From NCBI RefSeq assembly GCF_009914755.1, contig NC_060948.1: 64,000 bases of DNA; one strand, 5' to 3'. The DNA comes from the human T2T-CHM13v2.0 reference genome, Homo sapiens. A program made the position numbers and the translations under genes. How positions within the stretch are numbered: position 1 is the first letter of the stretch; the number at the start of each line of letters is the position of its first letter. Below, piece by piece: positions 17,014 to 36,368 of the stretch. The notes below the pieces were generated by a model. It ran no database searches, had not been told where the DNA came from, and worked only from the letters and a program-made list of their open reading frames with translations.

Positions 17014-19140
17014 AGATCCATATTTTTTAAATGAAAAAAAATTTCAAAGGTACTCTGCTTGGTACAATAATCAAATGTATAAACTGAGGAATAAAACATA
17101 ACCATGAAACCTACTTATAAATGCATATGGAAAATACAGAGGATAATTTTTTAAATAACATATTTTGAAAGCCTTAACTAGTAATTTGAAGAGTTGGCAT
17201 TTGAAAGGCCAGTATGAATATACCTTCAAAGCAGCAACACAGGTTCCCCATGAGAAAAAGCAAACTCAGGGAAAATAAAACCACAAAGGTTCAATCTCTT
17301 CTGACCTTTGAAAGACACAGCACAGACAGTGGTCCTTAGGACGAAGAGCAGGAGACCCCTAATTACGTCACCATGGCGATAGGGCATAAACATTGCTGGG
17401 TGAGGGCACAATCCACATTGTGAGGTCCAAGTGCTGCCAGGAAGACAGGAGTGCTTTTACGTAGACCGAAAGGTCATTGAAGGCTCAGAGTTTTGTTTCA
17501 AGAACTGAATCCCAAGCCCACACGTTATTAGGCTGCGCTTCTTAAAACAAGTTATGAGATGGGAAAAAGGGCACCCACAAACATACGTATACATTATGTA
17601 TATAATAATATACAGTATCATATATATAATATATATAACCTATGTATAATATTGTTTTACATCCTGCATCTTATGTTATATATATTGTATAAAATATAAT
17701 AATTGATAATATATAAGTTTTATATTTATACAATATGACATATAGTATATATTATAATTTATGACATATATAATATATGTTATATATCATATATAGAATA
17801 TATTATACGGTTAATATACGTATTAAATATAAATTATACATTATATATATTATATATAATATATCTGTTATATATAATACCCATTATGCATAATATATAT
17901 ATTATGTCTATGTTATATATAGTATAAAACAACATATAATAATATATAATTGTATATATAAAATGCGACATATAATATATATTATATTTTATGACATATG
18001 TAATATATATTATATATTATATATAATGCGTTGTATGTATAATACCTATATTAAATATATATTACATGACTATGTTATTAATTACATGTCACATGTGTTA
18101 TATATTATATATTTTACATAGAATATACCGGTTACAAACAATATATACTATGTTACCTATAATGTATAATTTATTACATGTAAAATAAAGAAAGCAATAT
18201 ATTATGTATAATTTATAATATACAATATGTGGAATGTGATATATATAACATATAATATATGATATATGATATACAGTATATGATATATAACATACAATAT
18301 ATGATACCTAATATATATGGTATACAATATATATTTTATGATATGTATTCTCTATGTTTTATATTCTGTTATATATAACTATTTGAAATTATATATAACT
18401 GTATAATATTTTATGTAAATATGTAATATAATATATATAACTATATAATATATTATATATAACTATATATTATGTTATATATACTTTTATAACATAATTT
18501 ACATAAAATATCATAATATAATATATATTATATTATTTCATATTACTTAATATATATTACATATCACCCAATATAAGTAACATACATAATATTATAATAT
18601 AGATTATATTATGTTATATTAAATATCATATATATCATGTATCATACATTCTATAATATATATTACACATTATATAATATGTATGTTGTCTATTATGTGA
18701 TATATATAACTATATATATAATTATATTATTAAACATATAACTAGATAAACATGTAATTCTACATATTTCATTTATAATATATAGAATTATATAATCATA
18801 TATAATTATTTATATTCTATAAAAAATTATATCATTATATAAAATATAATATATAAAAATTATAATATGTACTACAAATATATATATTATATATCATATA
18901 TGATATAGTACCTTTGTTATATATCATAATACATATAAATGTGTATTATGTTATCTATAATTATATAATTTCATATATAAGATATATAATATGTATCATA
19001 TATTATATATGTTATGTAATATATATAGTATATATAAGATGACACAGGATAAATATTATATACTATGACATATAAAATATATGAGGTTATATGTTACGTA
19101 TAAGGCATAGCACATAACATGTAATATATATCATATATAA

Positions 19141-19432
19141 TTTTTTTTTAGACAGAATCTTGTCCTGTTGCACAGGGTGGGGTACAATGGCGCCATCTTT
19201 GCTCACTTCAACATCTGCCTCACGGGTCCAAGCGATTGTCCTCCCTCAGCCTCCCAGGTAGCTGGGACTACACCACACTGGGACTACACCAGCTGCCACC
19301 ATGCCTAGCTAATTTTTTGGATTTTTAGTAGTGACAGCGTTTCACTGTATTGGCCAGGATGGTCTTGATCTCTTCACCTTGTGATCCCCTTGCCTTGGCC
19401 TCCAAATTTGCTGGGATTACAGGCCTGAGCCA
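19141..19432 (-). mobile_element. Alu, DYZ2 copy 6
   Basis: Near-identical to copy 1. Confidence 0.93.
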
Positions 19433-21537
19433 AGATCCATATTTTTTAAATGAAAAAAAATTTCAAAGGTACTCTGCTTGGTACAATAATCAAATGTATA
19501 AACTGAGGAATAAAACATAACCATGAAACCTACTTATAACTGCATATGGAAAATACAGAGGATAATTTTTTAAATAACATATTTTGAAAGCCTTAACTAG
19601 TAATTTGAAGAGTTGGCATTTGAAAGGCCAGTATGAATATACCTTCAAAGCAGCAACACAGGTTCCCCATGAGAAAAAGCAAACTCAGGGAAAATAAAAC
19701 CACAAAGGTTCAATCTCTTCTGACCTTTGAAAGACACAGCACAGACAGTGGTCCTTAGGACGAAGAGCAGGAGACCCCTAATTCCGTCACCATGGCGATA
19801 GGGCATAAACATTGCTGGGTAAGGGCCCAATCCACATTGTGAGGTCCAACTGCTGCCAGGAAGACAGGAGTGCTTTTACATAGACCGAAAGGTCATTGAA
19901 GGCTCAGAGTTTTGTTTCAAGAACTGAATCCCAAGCCCACACGTTATTAGGCTGCGCTACTTAAAACAAGTTATGAGATGGGAAAAAGGGCACCCACAAA
20001 CATACGTATACATTATGTATATAATAATATACAGTATCATATATATAATATATATAACCTATGTATAATATTGTTTTACATCCTGAATCTTATGTTATAT
20101 ATATTGCATAAAATATAATAATTGATAATATATAAGTTTTATATTAATTCAATATGACATATAGTATATATTATAATTTATGACATATATAATATATGTT
20201 ATATATCATATATAGAATATATTATACGGTTAATATACGTATTAAATATAAATTATACATTATATATATTATATATAATATATCTGTTATATATAATACC
20301 CATTATGCATAATATATATATTATGTCTATGTTATATATAGTATAAAACAACATATAATAATATATAATTGTATATATAAAATGCGACATATAATATATA
20401 TTATATTTTATGACATAAGTAATATATATTATATATTATATATAATACGTTGTATGTATAATACCTATATTAAATATATATTATATGACTATGTTATTAA
20501 TTACATGTCACATATGTTATATATTATATATTTTACATAGAATATACGGGTTACATACAATATATACTATGTTACTTATAATGTATAATTTATTACATGT
20601 AAAATAAAGAATGCAATATATTATGTATAATTCATAATATACAATATGTGGAATGTGATATATATAACATATAATATATGATATATGATATAGAGTATAT
20701 GATATATAACATACAATATATGATACCTAATATATATGGTATACAATATATATTTTATGATATGTATTCCATATGTTATATATTCTCTTATATATAACTG
20801 TTTGAAATTATATATAACTGCATAATATTTTAGGTAAATATGTAATATAATATATATAACTTTATAATATATTATATATAACTATATATTATGTTATATA
20901 AACTTTTATAACATAATTTACATAAAATATCATAATATAATATATATTATATTATTTCATGTTACATAATATATCTTACATATCACCCAATATAAGTAAC
21001 ATACATAATATTATAATATAGATTATATTATGTTATATTAAATATCATATATATCATGTATCGTATATTCTATAATATATATTATACATTATATAATATG
21101 TATGTTGTCTATTATGTGATATATATAACTATATATATAATTATATTATTATACATATAACTAGATAAACATGTAATTCTACATATTTTCATTTATAATA
21201 TATAGAATTATATAATCATATATAATTATTTATATTCTATAAAAAATTATATCATTATATAAATTATAATATATAAAAATTATAATATGTACTACAAACA
21301 TATATATTATATATCATATATGATATAGTACCTTTGTTATATATCATAATACATATAAATGTGTATTATGTTATCTATAATTATATAATTTCATATATAA
21401 GATGTATAATATGTATTATATATTATATATGTTATGTAATATATATAGTATATATAAGATGACACAGGATAAATATTATATACAATGACATATAAAATAT
21501 ATGAGGTTATATGTTACATATAAGGCATAGCACATAA

Positions 21538-21852
<315 letters not shown>

Positions 21853-23957
21853 AGATCCATATTTTTTAAATGCAAAAAAATTTCAAAGGTACTCTGCTTG
21901 GTACATTAATCAAATGTATAAACTGAGGAATAAAACATAACCATGAAACCTACTTATAACTGCATATGGAAAATACAGAGGATAATTTTTTAAATAACAT
22001 ATTTTGAAAGGCTTAACTAGTAATTTGAAGAGTTGGCATTTGAAAGTCCAGTATGAATATACCTTCAAAGCAGCAACACAGTTTCCCCATGAGAAAAAGC
22101 AAACTCAGGGAAAATAAAAACATAAAGGTTCAATCTCTTCTGACCTTTGAAAGACACAGCACAGACAGTGGTCCTTAGGACGAAGAGCAGGAGACCCCTA
22201 ATTCCGTCACCATGGCGATAGGGCATAAACACTGCTGGGTGAGGGCACAATCCACATTGTGAGGTCCAACTGCTGCCAGGAAGACAGGAGTGCTTTTACA
22301 TAGACCGAAAGGTCATTGAAGGCTCAGAGTTTTGTTTCAAGAACTGAATCCCAAGCCCACACGTTATTAGGCTGCGCTTCTTAAAACAAGTTATGAGATG
22401 GGAAAAAGGGCACCCACAAACATACGTATACATTATGTATATAATAATATACAGTATCATATATATAATATATATAACCTATGTATAATATTGTTTTACA
22501 TCCTGCATCTTATAATATATATATTGTATAAAATATAATAATTGATAATATATATGTTTTATATTTATACAATATGACATATAGTATATATTATAATTTA
22601 TGACATATATAATATATGTTATATATCATATATAGAATATATTATACGGTTAATATACGTATTAAATATAAATTATACATTATATATATTATATATAATA
22701 TATCTGTTATATATAATACCCATTATGCATAATATATATATTATGTCTATGTTATATATAGTATAAAACAACATATAATAATATATAATTGTATATATAA
22801 AATGCGACATATAATATATATTATATTTTATGACATATGTAATATATATTATATATTATATATAATACGTTGTATGTATAATACCTATATTAAATATATA
22901 ATATATGACTATGTTATTAATTACATGTCACATATGTTATATATTATATATTTTACATAGAATATACCGGTTACATACAATATATACTATGTTACCTATA
23001 ATGTATAATTGATTACATGTAAAATAAAGAATGCAATATATTATGTATAATTTATAATATACAATATGTGGAATGTGATATATATAAGATATAATATATG
23101 ATATATGATATACAGTATATGATATATAACATACAATATATGATACCTAATATATATGGTATACAATATATATTTTATGTTATGTATTCTATATGTTTTA
23201 TATTCTGTTATATATAACTATTTGAAATTATATATAACTGTATAATATTTTATGTAAATATGTAATATAATATATATAACTATAAAATATATTATATATA
23301 ACTATATATTATGTTATATATACTTTTATAACATAATTTACATAAAATATCATAATATAATATATATTATATTATTTCACATTACATAATATATATTACA
23401 TATCACCCAATATAAGTAACATACATAATATTGTAATATAGATTATATTATGTTATATTAAATATCATATATATCATGTATCATATATTCTATAATATAT
23501 ATTATACATTATATAATATGTATGTTGTCCATTATGTGATATATATAACTATATATATAATTATATTATTATACATATAACTAGATAAACATGTAATTCT
23601 ACATATTTTCATTTATAATATATAGAATTATATAATCATATATAATTATTTATATTCTATAAAAAATTATATCATTATATAAATTATAATATATAAAAAT
23701 TATAAGATGTACTACAAATATATATATTATATATCATATATGATATAGTACCTTTGTTATATATCATAATACATATAAATGTGTATTATGTTATCTATAA
23801 TTTTATAATTTCATATATAAGATGTATAATATGTATTATATATTGTATATGTTATGTAATATATATAGTATATATAAGCTGACACAGGATAAATATTATA
23901 TACTATGACATATAAAATATATGAGGTTATATGTTACATATAAGGCATAGCACATAA

Positions 23958-24272
<315 letters not shown>

Positions 24273-26377
24273 AGATCCATATTTTTTAAATGAAAAAAAA
24301 TTTCAAAGGTACTCTGCTTAGTACAATAATCAAATATATAAACTGAGGAACAAAACATAACCATGATACCTACTTATAACTGCATATGGAAAATACAGAG
24401 GATAACTTTTTAAATAACATATTTTGAAAGGCTTAACTAGTAATTTGAAGAGTTGGCATTTGAAAGGCCAGTATGAATATACCTTCAAAGCAGCAACACA
24501 GGTTCCCCATGAGAAAAAGCAAACTCAGGGAAAATAAAACCACAAAGGTTCAATCTCTTCTGACCTTTGAAAGACACAGCACAGACAGTGGTCCTTAGGA
24601 CGAAGAGCAGGAGACCCCTAATTCCGTCACCATGGCGATAGGGCATAAACATTGCTGGGTGAGGGCACAATCCACATTGTGAGGTCCAACTGCTGCCAGG
24701 AAGACAGGAGTGCTTTTACATAGACCGAAAGGTCATTGAAGGCTCAGAGTTTTGTTTCAAGAACTGAATCCCAAACCCACACGTTATTAGGCTGCGCTTC
24801 TTAAAACAAGTTATGAGATGGGAAAAAGGGCACCCACAAACATACGTATACATTATGTATATAATAATATACAGTATCATATATATAATATATATAACCT
24901 ATGTATAATATTGTTTTACATCCTGCATCTTATATTATATATATTGTATAAAATATAATAATTGATAATATATAAGTTTTATATTTATACAATAAGACAT
25001 ATAGTATATATTATAATTTATGACATATATAATATATGTTATGTATCATATATAGAATATATTATACGGTTAATATACGTATTAAATATAAATTATACAT
25101 TATATATATTATATATAATATATCTGTTATATATAATACCCATTATGCATAATATATATATTATGTCTATGTTATATATAGTATAAAACAACACATAATA
25201 ATATACAATTGTATATATAAAATGCGACATATAATATATATTATATTTTATGACATATGTAATATATATTATATATTATATATAATACGTTGTAGGTATA
25301 ATTCCTATATTAAATATATATTATAGGACTATGTTATTAATTACATGTCACATATGTTATATATTATATATTTTACATAGAATATACCGGTTACATACAA
25401 TATATACTATGTTACCTATAATGTATAATTTATTACATGTAAAATAAAGATTGCAATATACTATGTATAATTTATAGTATACAATATGTGGATTGTGATA
25501 TATATAACATATAATATATGATATATGATATACAGTATATGATATATAACATACAATATATGATACCTAATATATATGGTATACAATATATATTTTATGA
25601 TATGTATTCTCTATGTTTTATATTCTGTTATATATAACTATTTGAAATTATATATAACTGTATAATATTTTATGTAAATATGTAATATAATATATATAAC
25701 TATATAATATATTATATATAACTATATATTATGTTATATATAGTTTTATAACATAATTTACATAAAATATCATAATATAATATATATTATATTATTTCAT
25801 ATTACATAATATATATTACATATCACCCAATATAAGTAACATACATAATATTATAATATAGATTATATTATGTTATATTAAATATCATATATATCATGTA
25901 TCATATATTCTATAATATATATTACACATTATATAATATGTATGTTGTCTATTATGTGATATATAGAACCATATATATAATTATATTATTATACATATAA
26001 CTACATAAACATGTAATTCTACATATTTTCATTTATAATATATAGAATTATATAATCATATATAATTATTTATATTCTATAAAAAATTATATCATTATAT
26101 AAATTATAATATATAAAAATTATAATATGTACTACAAACTGATATATTATATATCATATATGATACAGTACCTTTGTTATACATCATATAACATATAAAT
26201 GTGTATTATGTCATCAATAATTATATAATTACATACATAAGATGTATAATATGTATTATATATTATATATGTTATGTAATATATATAGTATATATAAGCT
26301 GACACAGCATAAATATTATATACTATGACATATAAAATATATGAGGTTATATGTTACATATAAGGCATAGCACATAA

Positions 26378-26692
<315 letters not shown>

Positions 26693-28797
26693 AGATCCAT
26701 ATTTTTTAAATGAAAAAAAATTTCAAAGGTACTCTGCTTGGTACAATAATCAAATGTATAAACTGAGGAATAAAACATAACCATGAAACCTACTTATAAC
26801 TGCATACGAAAAATGCAGAGGATAATTTTTTAAATAACATATTTTGAAAGCCTTAACTAGTAATTTGAAGAGTTGGCATTTGAAAGGCCAGGATGAATAT
26901 ACCTTCAAAGCAGCAACACAGGTTCCCCATGAGAAAAAGCAAACTCAGGGAAAATAAAACCACAAAGGTTCAATCTCTTCTGACCTTTGAAAGACACAGC
27001 ACAGACAGTGGTCCTTAGGACGAAGAGCAGGAGACCCCTAATTCCGTCACCATGGCGATAGGGCATAAACATTGCTGGGTGAGGGCACAATCCACATTGT
27101 GAGGTCCAACTGCTGCCAGGAAGACAGGAGTGCTTTTACATAGACCGAAAGGACATTGAAGGCTCAGAGTTTTGTTTCAAGAACTGAATCCCAAGCCCAC
27201 ACGTTATTAGGCTGCGCTTCTTAAAACAAGTTATCAGATGGGAAAAAGGGCACCCACAAACATACGTATACATTATGTATATAATAATATACAGTATCAT
27301 ATATATAATATATATAACCTATGTATAATATTGTTTTACATCCTGCATCTTATCTTATATATATTGTATAAAATATAATAATTGATAATATATAAGTTCT
27401 ATATTTATACAATATGACATATAGTATATATTATAATTTATGTCATATATAATATATGATATATATCATATATAGAATATATTATACGGTTAATATACGT
27501 ATTAAATATAAATTATACATTATATATATTATATATAATATATCTCTTATATATAATACCCATTATGCATAATATATATATTATGTCTATGTTATATATA
27601 GTATAAAACAACACATAATAATATATAATTGTATGTATAAAATGCGACATATAATAGATAATATATTTTATGACATATGTAATATATATTATATATTATA
27701 TATAATACGTTGTATGTATAATACCTATATTAAATATATATTATATGACTATGTTATTAATTACATGTCACATATGTTATATATTATATATTTTACATAG
27801 AATATACCGGTTACATACAATATATACTATGTTACCTATAATGTACAATTTATTACATGTAAAATAAAGAATGCAATATATTATGTATAATTTATAATAT
27901 ACAATATGTGGAATGTGATATATATAACATATAATATATGATATATGATATACAGTATATGATATATAACATACAATATATGATACCTAATATATATGGT
28001 CTACAATATATATTTTATGATATGTATTCTATATGTTTTATATTCTGTTATATATAACTATTTGAAATTATATATAACTGTATAATATTTTATGTAAATA
28101 TGTAATATAATATATATAACTATATAATATATTATATATAACTATATATTATGTTATATATACTTTTATAACATAATTTACTTAAAATATCATAATATAA
28201 TATATATTATATTATTTCATATTACATAATATATATTACATATCACCCAATATAAGTAACATACATAAGATTATAATATAGATTATATTATGTTATATTA
28301 AATATCATATATATTATGTATCATATATTCTATAATATATATTATACATTATATAATATGTATGTTGTCTATTATGTGATATATATGACTAAATATATAA
28401 TTATATTATTATACATATAACTAGATAAACATGTAATTCTACATATTTTCATTTATAATATATAGAATTATATAATCATATATAATTATTTATATTCTAT
28501 AAAAAATTATATCATTATATAAATTATAATATATAAAAATTATAATATGTACTACAAATATATATATTATATATCATATATGATATAGTACCTTTGTTAT
28601 ATATCATATTACATATAAATGTGTATTATGTCATCTATAATTATATAATTTCATACATAAGATGTATAATATGTATTATATATTTTATATGTTATGTAAT
28701 ATATATTGTATATATAAGATGACACAGGATAAATATTATATACTATGACATATAAAATATATGAGGTTATATGTTACATATAAGGCATAGCACATAA

Positions 28798-29112
<315 letters not shown>

Positions 29113-31211
29113 AGATCCATATTTTTTAAATGAAAAAAAATTTCAAAGGTACTCTGCTTGGTACAATAATCAAATGTATAAACTGAGGAATAAAACATAA
29201 CCATGAAACCTACTTATAACTGCATACGGAAAATACAGAGGATAATTTTTTAAATAACATATTTTGAAAGCCTTAACTAGTAATTTGAAGAGTTGGCATT
29301 TGAAAGGCCAGTATGAATATACCTTCAAAGCAGCAACACAGGTTCCCCATGAGAAAAAGCAAACTCAGGGAAAATAAAACCACAAAGGTTCAATCTCTTC
29401 TGACCTTTGAAAGACACAGCACAGACAGTGGTCCTTAGGACGAAGAGCAGGAGAACCCTAATTCCGTCACCATGGCGATAGGGCATAAGCATTGCTGGGT
29501 GAGGGCACAATCCACATTGTGAGGTCCAACTGCTGCCAGGAAGACAGGAGTGCTATTACATACACCGAAAGGTCATTGAAGGCTCAGAGTTTTGTTTCAA
29601 GAACTGAATCCCAAGCCCACACGTTATTAGGCTGCGCTTCTTAAAACAAGTTATGAGATGGGAAAAAGGGCACCCACAAACATATGTATACATTATGTAT
29701 ATAATAATATACAGTATCATATATATAATATATATAACCTATGTATAATATTGTTTTACATCCTGCATCTTATATTATATATATTGTATAAAATATAATA
29801 ATTGATAATATATGTTTCATATTTATACAATATGACATATAGATATATTATAATTTATGACATATATAATATATGTTATATATCATATATAGAATATATT
29901 ATACGGTTAATATACGTATTAAATATAAATTATATATTATATATATTATATATAATATATCTGTTATATATAATACCCATTATGCATAATATATATATTA
30001 TGTCTATGTTATATATAGTATAAAACAACATATAATATATAATTGTATATATAAAATGCGACATATAATATATATTATATTTTATGACATATGTAATATA
30101 TATTATATATTATATATAATACGTTGTAGGTATAATACCTATATTAAATATATATTATATGACTATGTTATTAATTACATGTCACATATGTTATATAGTA
30201 TATATTTTGCATAGAATATACCGGTTACATACAATATACACTATGTTACCTATAATGAATAATTTATTACATGTAAAATAAAGAATGCAATATATGATGT
30301 ATAATTTATAATATACAATATGTGGAATGTGATATATATAACATATAATATATGATATATGATATACAGTATATGATATATAACATACAATATATGATTC
30401 CTAATATATATGGTATACAATATATATTTTATGATATGTATTCTCTATGTTTTATATTCTGTTATATATAACTATTTGAAATTATATATAACTGTATAAT
30501 ATTTTATGTAAATATGTAATATAATATATATAACTATATAATATATTATATATAACTATATATTATGTTATATATACTTTTATAAAATAAATTACATAAA
30601 ATATCATAATATAATATATAATATATTATTTCATATTACATAATATATATTACATATCACCCAATATAAGAAACATACATAATATTATAATATAGATTAT
30701 ATTATGTTATATTAAATATCATATATATCATGTGTCATATATTCCATAATATATTTTATACATTACATAATATGTATGTTGTCTATTATGTGATATATAT
30801 AACTATATATATAATTATATTATTATACATATAACTAGATAAACATGTAATTCTACATATTTTCATTTTTAATATATAGAATTATATAATCATATATAAT
30901 TATTTATATTCTATAAAAAATTATATCATTATATAAATTATAATATATAAAAATTATAATATATACTACAAAAATATATATTATATATCGTATATGATAT
31001 ATTACCTTTGTTATATATCATAATACATATAAATGTGTATTATGTCATCTATAATTATATAATTTCATATATAAGATGTATAATATGTATTATATATTAT
31101 ATATGATATGTAATATATATAGTATATATAAGATGACACAGGATAAATATTATATACTATGACATATAAAATATATGAGGTTATATGTTACATATAAGGC
31201 ATAGCACATAA

Positions 31212-31526
<315 letters not shown>

Positions 31527-33631
31527 CGATCCATATTTTTTAAATGAAAAAAAATTTCAAAGGTACTCTGCTTGGTACAATAATCAAATGTATAAACTGA
31601 GGAATAAAACATAACCATGAAACCTACTTATAACTGCATATGGAAAATACAGAGGATAATTTTTTAAATAACATATTTTGAAAGCCTTAACTAGTAATTT
31701 GAAGAGTTGGCATTTGAAAGGCCAGTATGAATATACCTTCAAAGCAGCAACACAGGTTCCCCATGAGAAAAAGCAAACTCAGGGAAAATAAAACCACAAA
31801 GGTTCAATCTCTTCTGACCTTTGAAAGACACAGCACAGACAGTCGTCCTTAGGACGAAGAGCAGGAGACCCCTAATTCCGTCACCATGGCGATAGGGCAT
31901 AAGCATTGCTGGGTGAGGGCACAATCCACATTGTGAGGTCCAACTGCTGCCAGGAAGACAGGAGTGCTTTTACATAGACCGAAAGGTCATTGAAGGCTCA
32001 GAGTTTTGTTTCAAGAACTGAATCCCAAGCCCTCACGTTATTAGGCTGCGCTTCTTAAAACAAGTTATGAGATGGGAAAAAGGTCACCCACAAACATACG
32101 TATACATTATGTATATAATAATATACAGTATCATATATATAATATATATAACCTATGTATAATATTGTTTTACATCCTGCATCTTATATTATATATATTG
32201 TATAAAATATAATAATTGATAATATATAAGTTTTATATTTATACAATATGACATATAGTATATATTATAATTTATGACATATATAATATATGTTATATAT
32301 TATATATAGAATATATTATACGGTTAATATACGTATTAAATATAAATTATACATTATATATATTATATATAATATATCTGTTATATATAATACCCATTAT
32401 GCATAATATATATATTATGTCTATGTTATATATAGTGTAAAACAACATATAATAATATATAATTGTATATATAAAATGCGACATGTAATATATATTATAT
32501 TTTATGACATATGTAATATATATTATATATTATATATAATACGTTGTATGTATAATACCTATATTAAATATATATTATATGACTATGTTATTAATTACAT
32601 GTCACATGTGTTATATAGTATATATTTTGAATAGAATATACCGGTTACATACAATATATACTATGTTACCTATAATGTATAATTTATTATATGTAAAATA
32701 AAGAATGCAATATATTATGTATAATTTATAATATACAATATGTGGAATGTGATATATATAACATATAATATATGATATATGATATACAGTATATGATATA
32801 TAACATACAATATATGATACCTAATATATATGGTGTACAATATATATTTTATGATATGTATTCTCTATGTTTTATATTCTGTTATATATAACTATTTAAA
32901 ATTATATATAAATGTATAATATTTTATGTAAATATGTAATATAATATATATAACTATATAATGTATTATATATAACTATATATTATGTTATATATACTTT
33001 TATAAAATAAATTACATAAAATATCATAATATAATATATATTATATTATTTCATATTACTTAAGATATATTACATATCACCCAATATAAGTAACATACAT
33101 AATATTATAATATAGATTATATTATGTTATATTAAATATCATATATATCATGTATCATATATTCCATAATATATTTTATACATTATATAATATGTATGTT
33201 GTCAATTATGTGATATATATAACTTTATATATAATTATATTATTATACATATAACTAGATAAACATGTAATTCTACATATTTTCATTTATAATATATAGA
33301 ATTATATAATCATATATAATTATTTATATTCTATAAAAAATTATATCATTATATAAATTATAATATATAAAAATTATAATATATACTACAAATATATATA
33401 TTATATATCATATATGATATAGTACCTTTGTTATATATCATAATACATATAAATGTGTATTATGTTATCTATAATTATATAATTTCATATATAAGATGTA
33501 TAATATGTATTATATATTATATATGATATGTAATATATATAGTATGTATAAGATGACACAGGATAAATATTATATACTATGACATATAAAATATATGAGG
33601 TTATATGTTACATATAAGGCATAGCACATAA

Positions 33632-33947
<316 letters not shown>

Positions 33948-36052
33948 AGATCCATATTTTTTAAATGAAAAAAAGTTTCAAAGGTACTCTGCTTGGTACA
34001 ATAATCAAATGTATAAACTGAGGAATAAAACATAAGCATGAAACCTACTTATAACAGCATATGGAAAATACAGGGGATAATTTTTTAAATAACATATTTT
34101 GAAAGCCTTAACTAGTAATTTGAAGAGTTGGCATTTGAAAGGCCAGTATGAATATACCTTCAAAGCAGCAACACAGGTTCCCCATGAGAAAAAGCAAACT
34201 CAGGGAAAATAAAACCACAAAGGTTCAATCTCTTCTGACCTTGGAAAGACACAGCACAGACAGTGGTCCTTAGGACGAAGAGCAGGAGACCCCTAATTCC
34301 GTCACCATGGCGATAGGGCATAAACATTGCTGGGTGAGGGCACAATCCACATTGTGAGGTCCAACTGCTGCCAGGAAGACAGGAGTGCTTTTACATAGAC
34401 CGAAAGGTCATTGAAGGCTCAGAGTTTTGTTTCAAGCACTGAATCCCAAGCCCACACGTTATTAGGCTGCGCTTCTTAAAACAAGTTATGAGATGGGAAA
34501 AAGGGCACCCACAAACATACGTATACATTATGTATATAATAATATACAGTATCATATATATAATGTATATAACCTATGTATAATATTGTTTTACATCCTG
34601 CATCTTATATTATATATATTGTATAAAATAAAATAATTGATAATATATATGTTTTATATTTATACAATATGACATATAGTATATATTATAATTTATGACA
34701 TATATTATATATGTTATATATCATATATGGAATATATTATACGGTTAATATTCGTATTAAATATAAATTATACATTATATATATTATATATAATATATCT
34801 GTTATATATAATACGCATTATGCATAATATATATATTATGTCTATGTTATATATAGTATAAAACAACATATAATAATATATAATTGTATATATAAAATGC
34901 GACATATAATATATATTATATTTTATGACATATGTAATATATATTATATATTATATATAATACGTTGTATGTATAATACCTATATTAAATATATATTATA
35001 TGACTATGTTATTAATTACATGTCACATATGTTATATATTATATATTTTACATAGAATATGCCGGTTACATACAATATATACTATGTTACCCATAATGAA
35101 TAATTTATTACATGTAAAATAAAGAATGCAATATATTATGTATAATTTATAATATACAATATGTGGAATGTGATACATATAACATATAATATATGATATA
35201 TGATATACAGTATATGATATATAACATACAATATATGATACCTAATATATATGGAATATAATATATATTTTATGATATGTATCCTATATGTTTTATATTC
35301 TGTTATATATAACTATTTGAAATTATATATAACTGTGTAATATTTTATGTAAATATGTAATATAATATATACAACTATATAATATATTATATATAACTAT
35401 ATATTATGTTATATATACTTTTATAACATAATTTACATAAAATATCATAATAAAATATATGTTATATTATTTCACATTACGTAATGTATATTACATATCA
35501 CCCAATATAAGTAACATACATAATATTATAATATAGATTATATTATGTTATATTAAATCTCATATATATCATGTATCATATATTCTATAATATATATTAT
35601 ACATTATATAATATGTATGTTGTCTATTATGTGAGATATATAACTGTATATATAATTATATTATTATACATATAACTAGATAAACATGTAATTCTACATA
35701 TTTTCCTTTATAATATATAGAATTATATAATCATATATAATTATTTATATTCTATAAAAAATTATATCATTATATAAATTATAATATTTAAAAACTATAA
35801 TATGTACTACAAATATATATGTTATATATCATATATGATATAGTACCTTTGTTATATATCATAATACATATAAATGTGTATTATGTTATCTATAATTATA
35901 TAATTTCATTTATAAGATGTATAATATGTATTATATATTATATACGTTATGTAATATATATAGTATATTTAACCTGACACAGGATAAATATTATATACTA
36001 TGACATATAAAATATATGAGGTTATATGTTACATATAAGGCATAGCATATAA

Positions 36053-36368
<316 letters not shown>

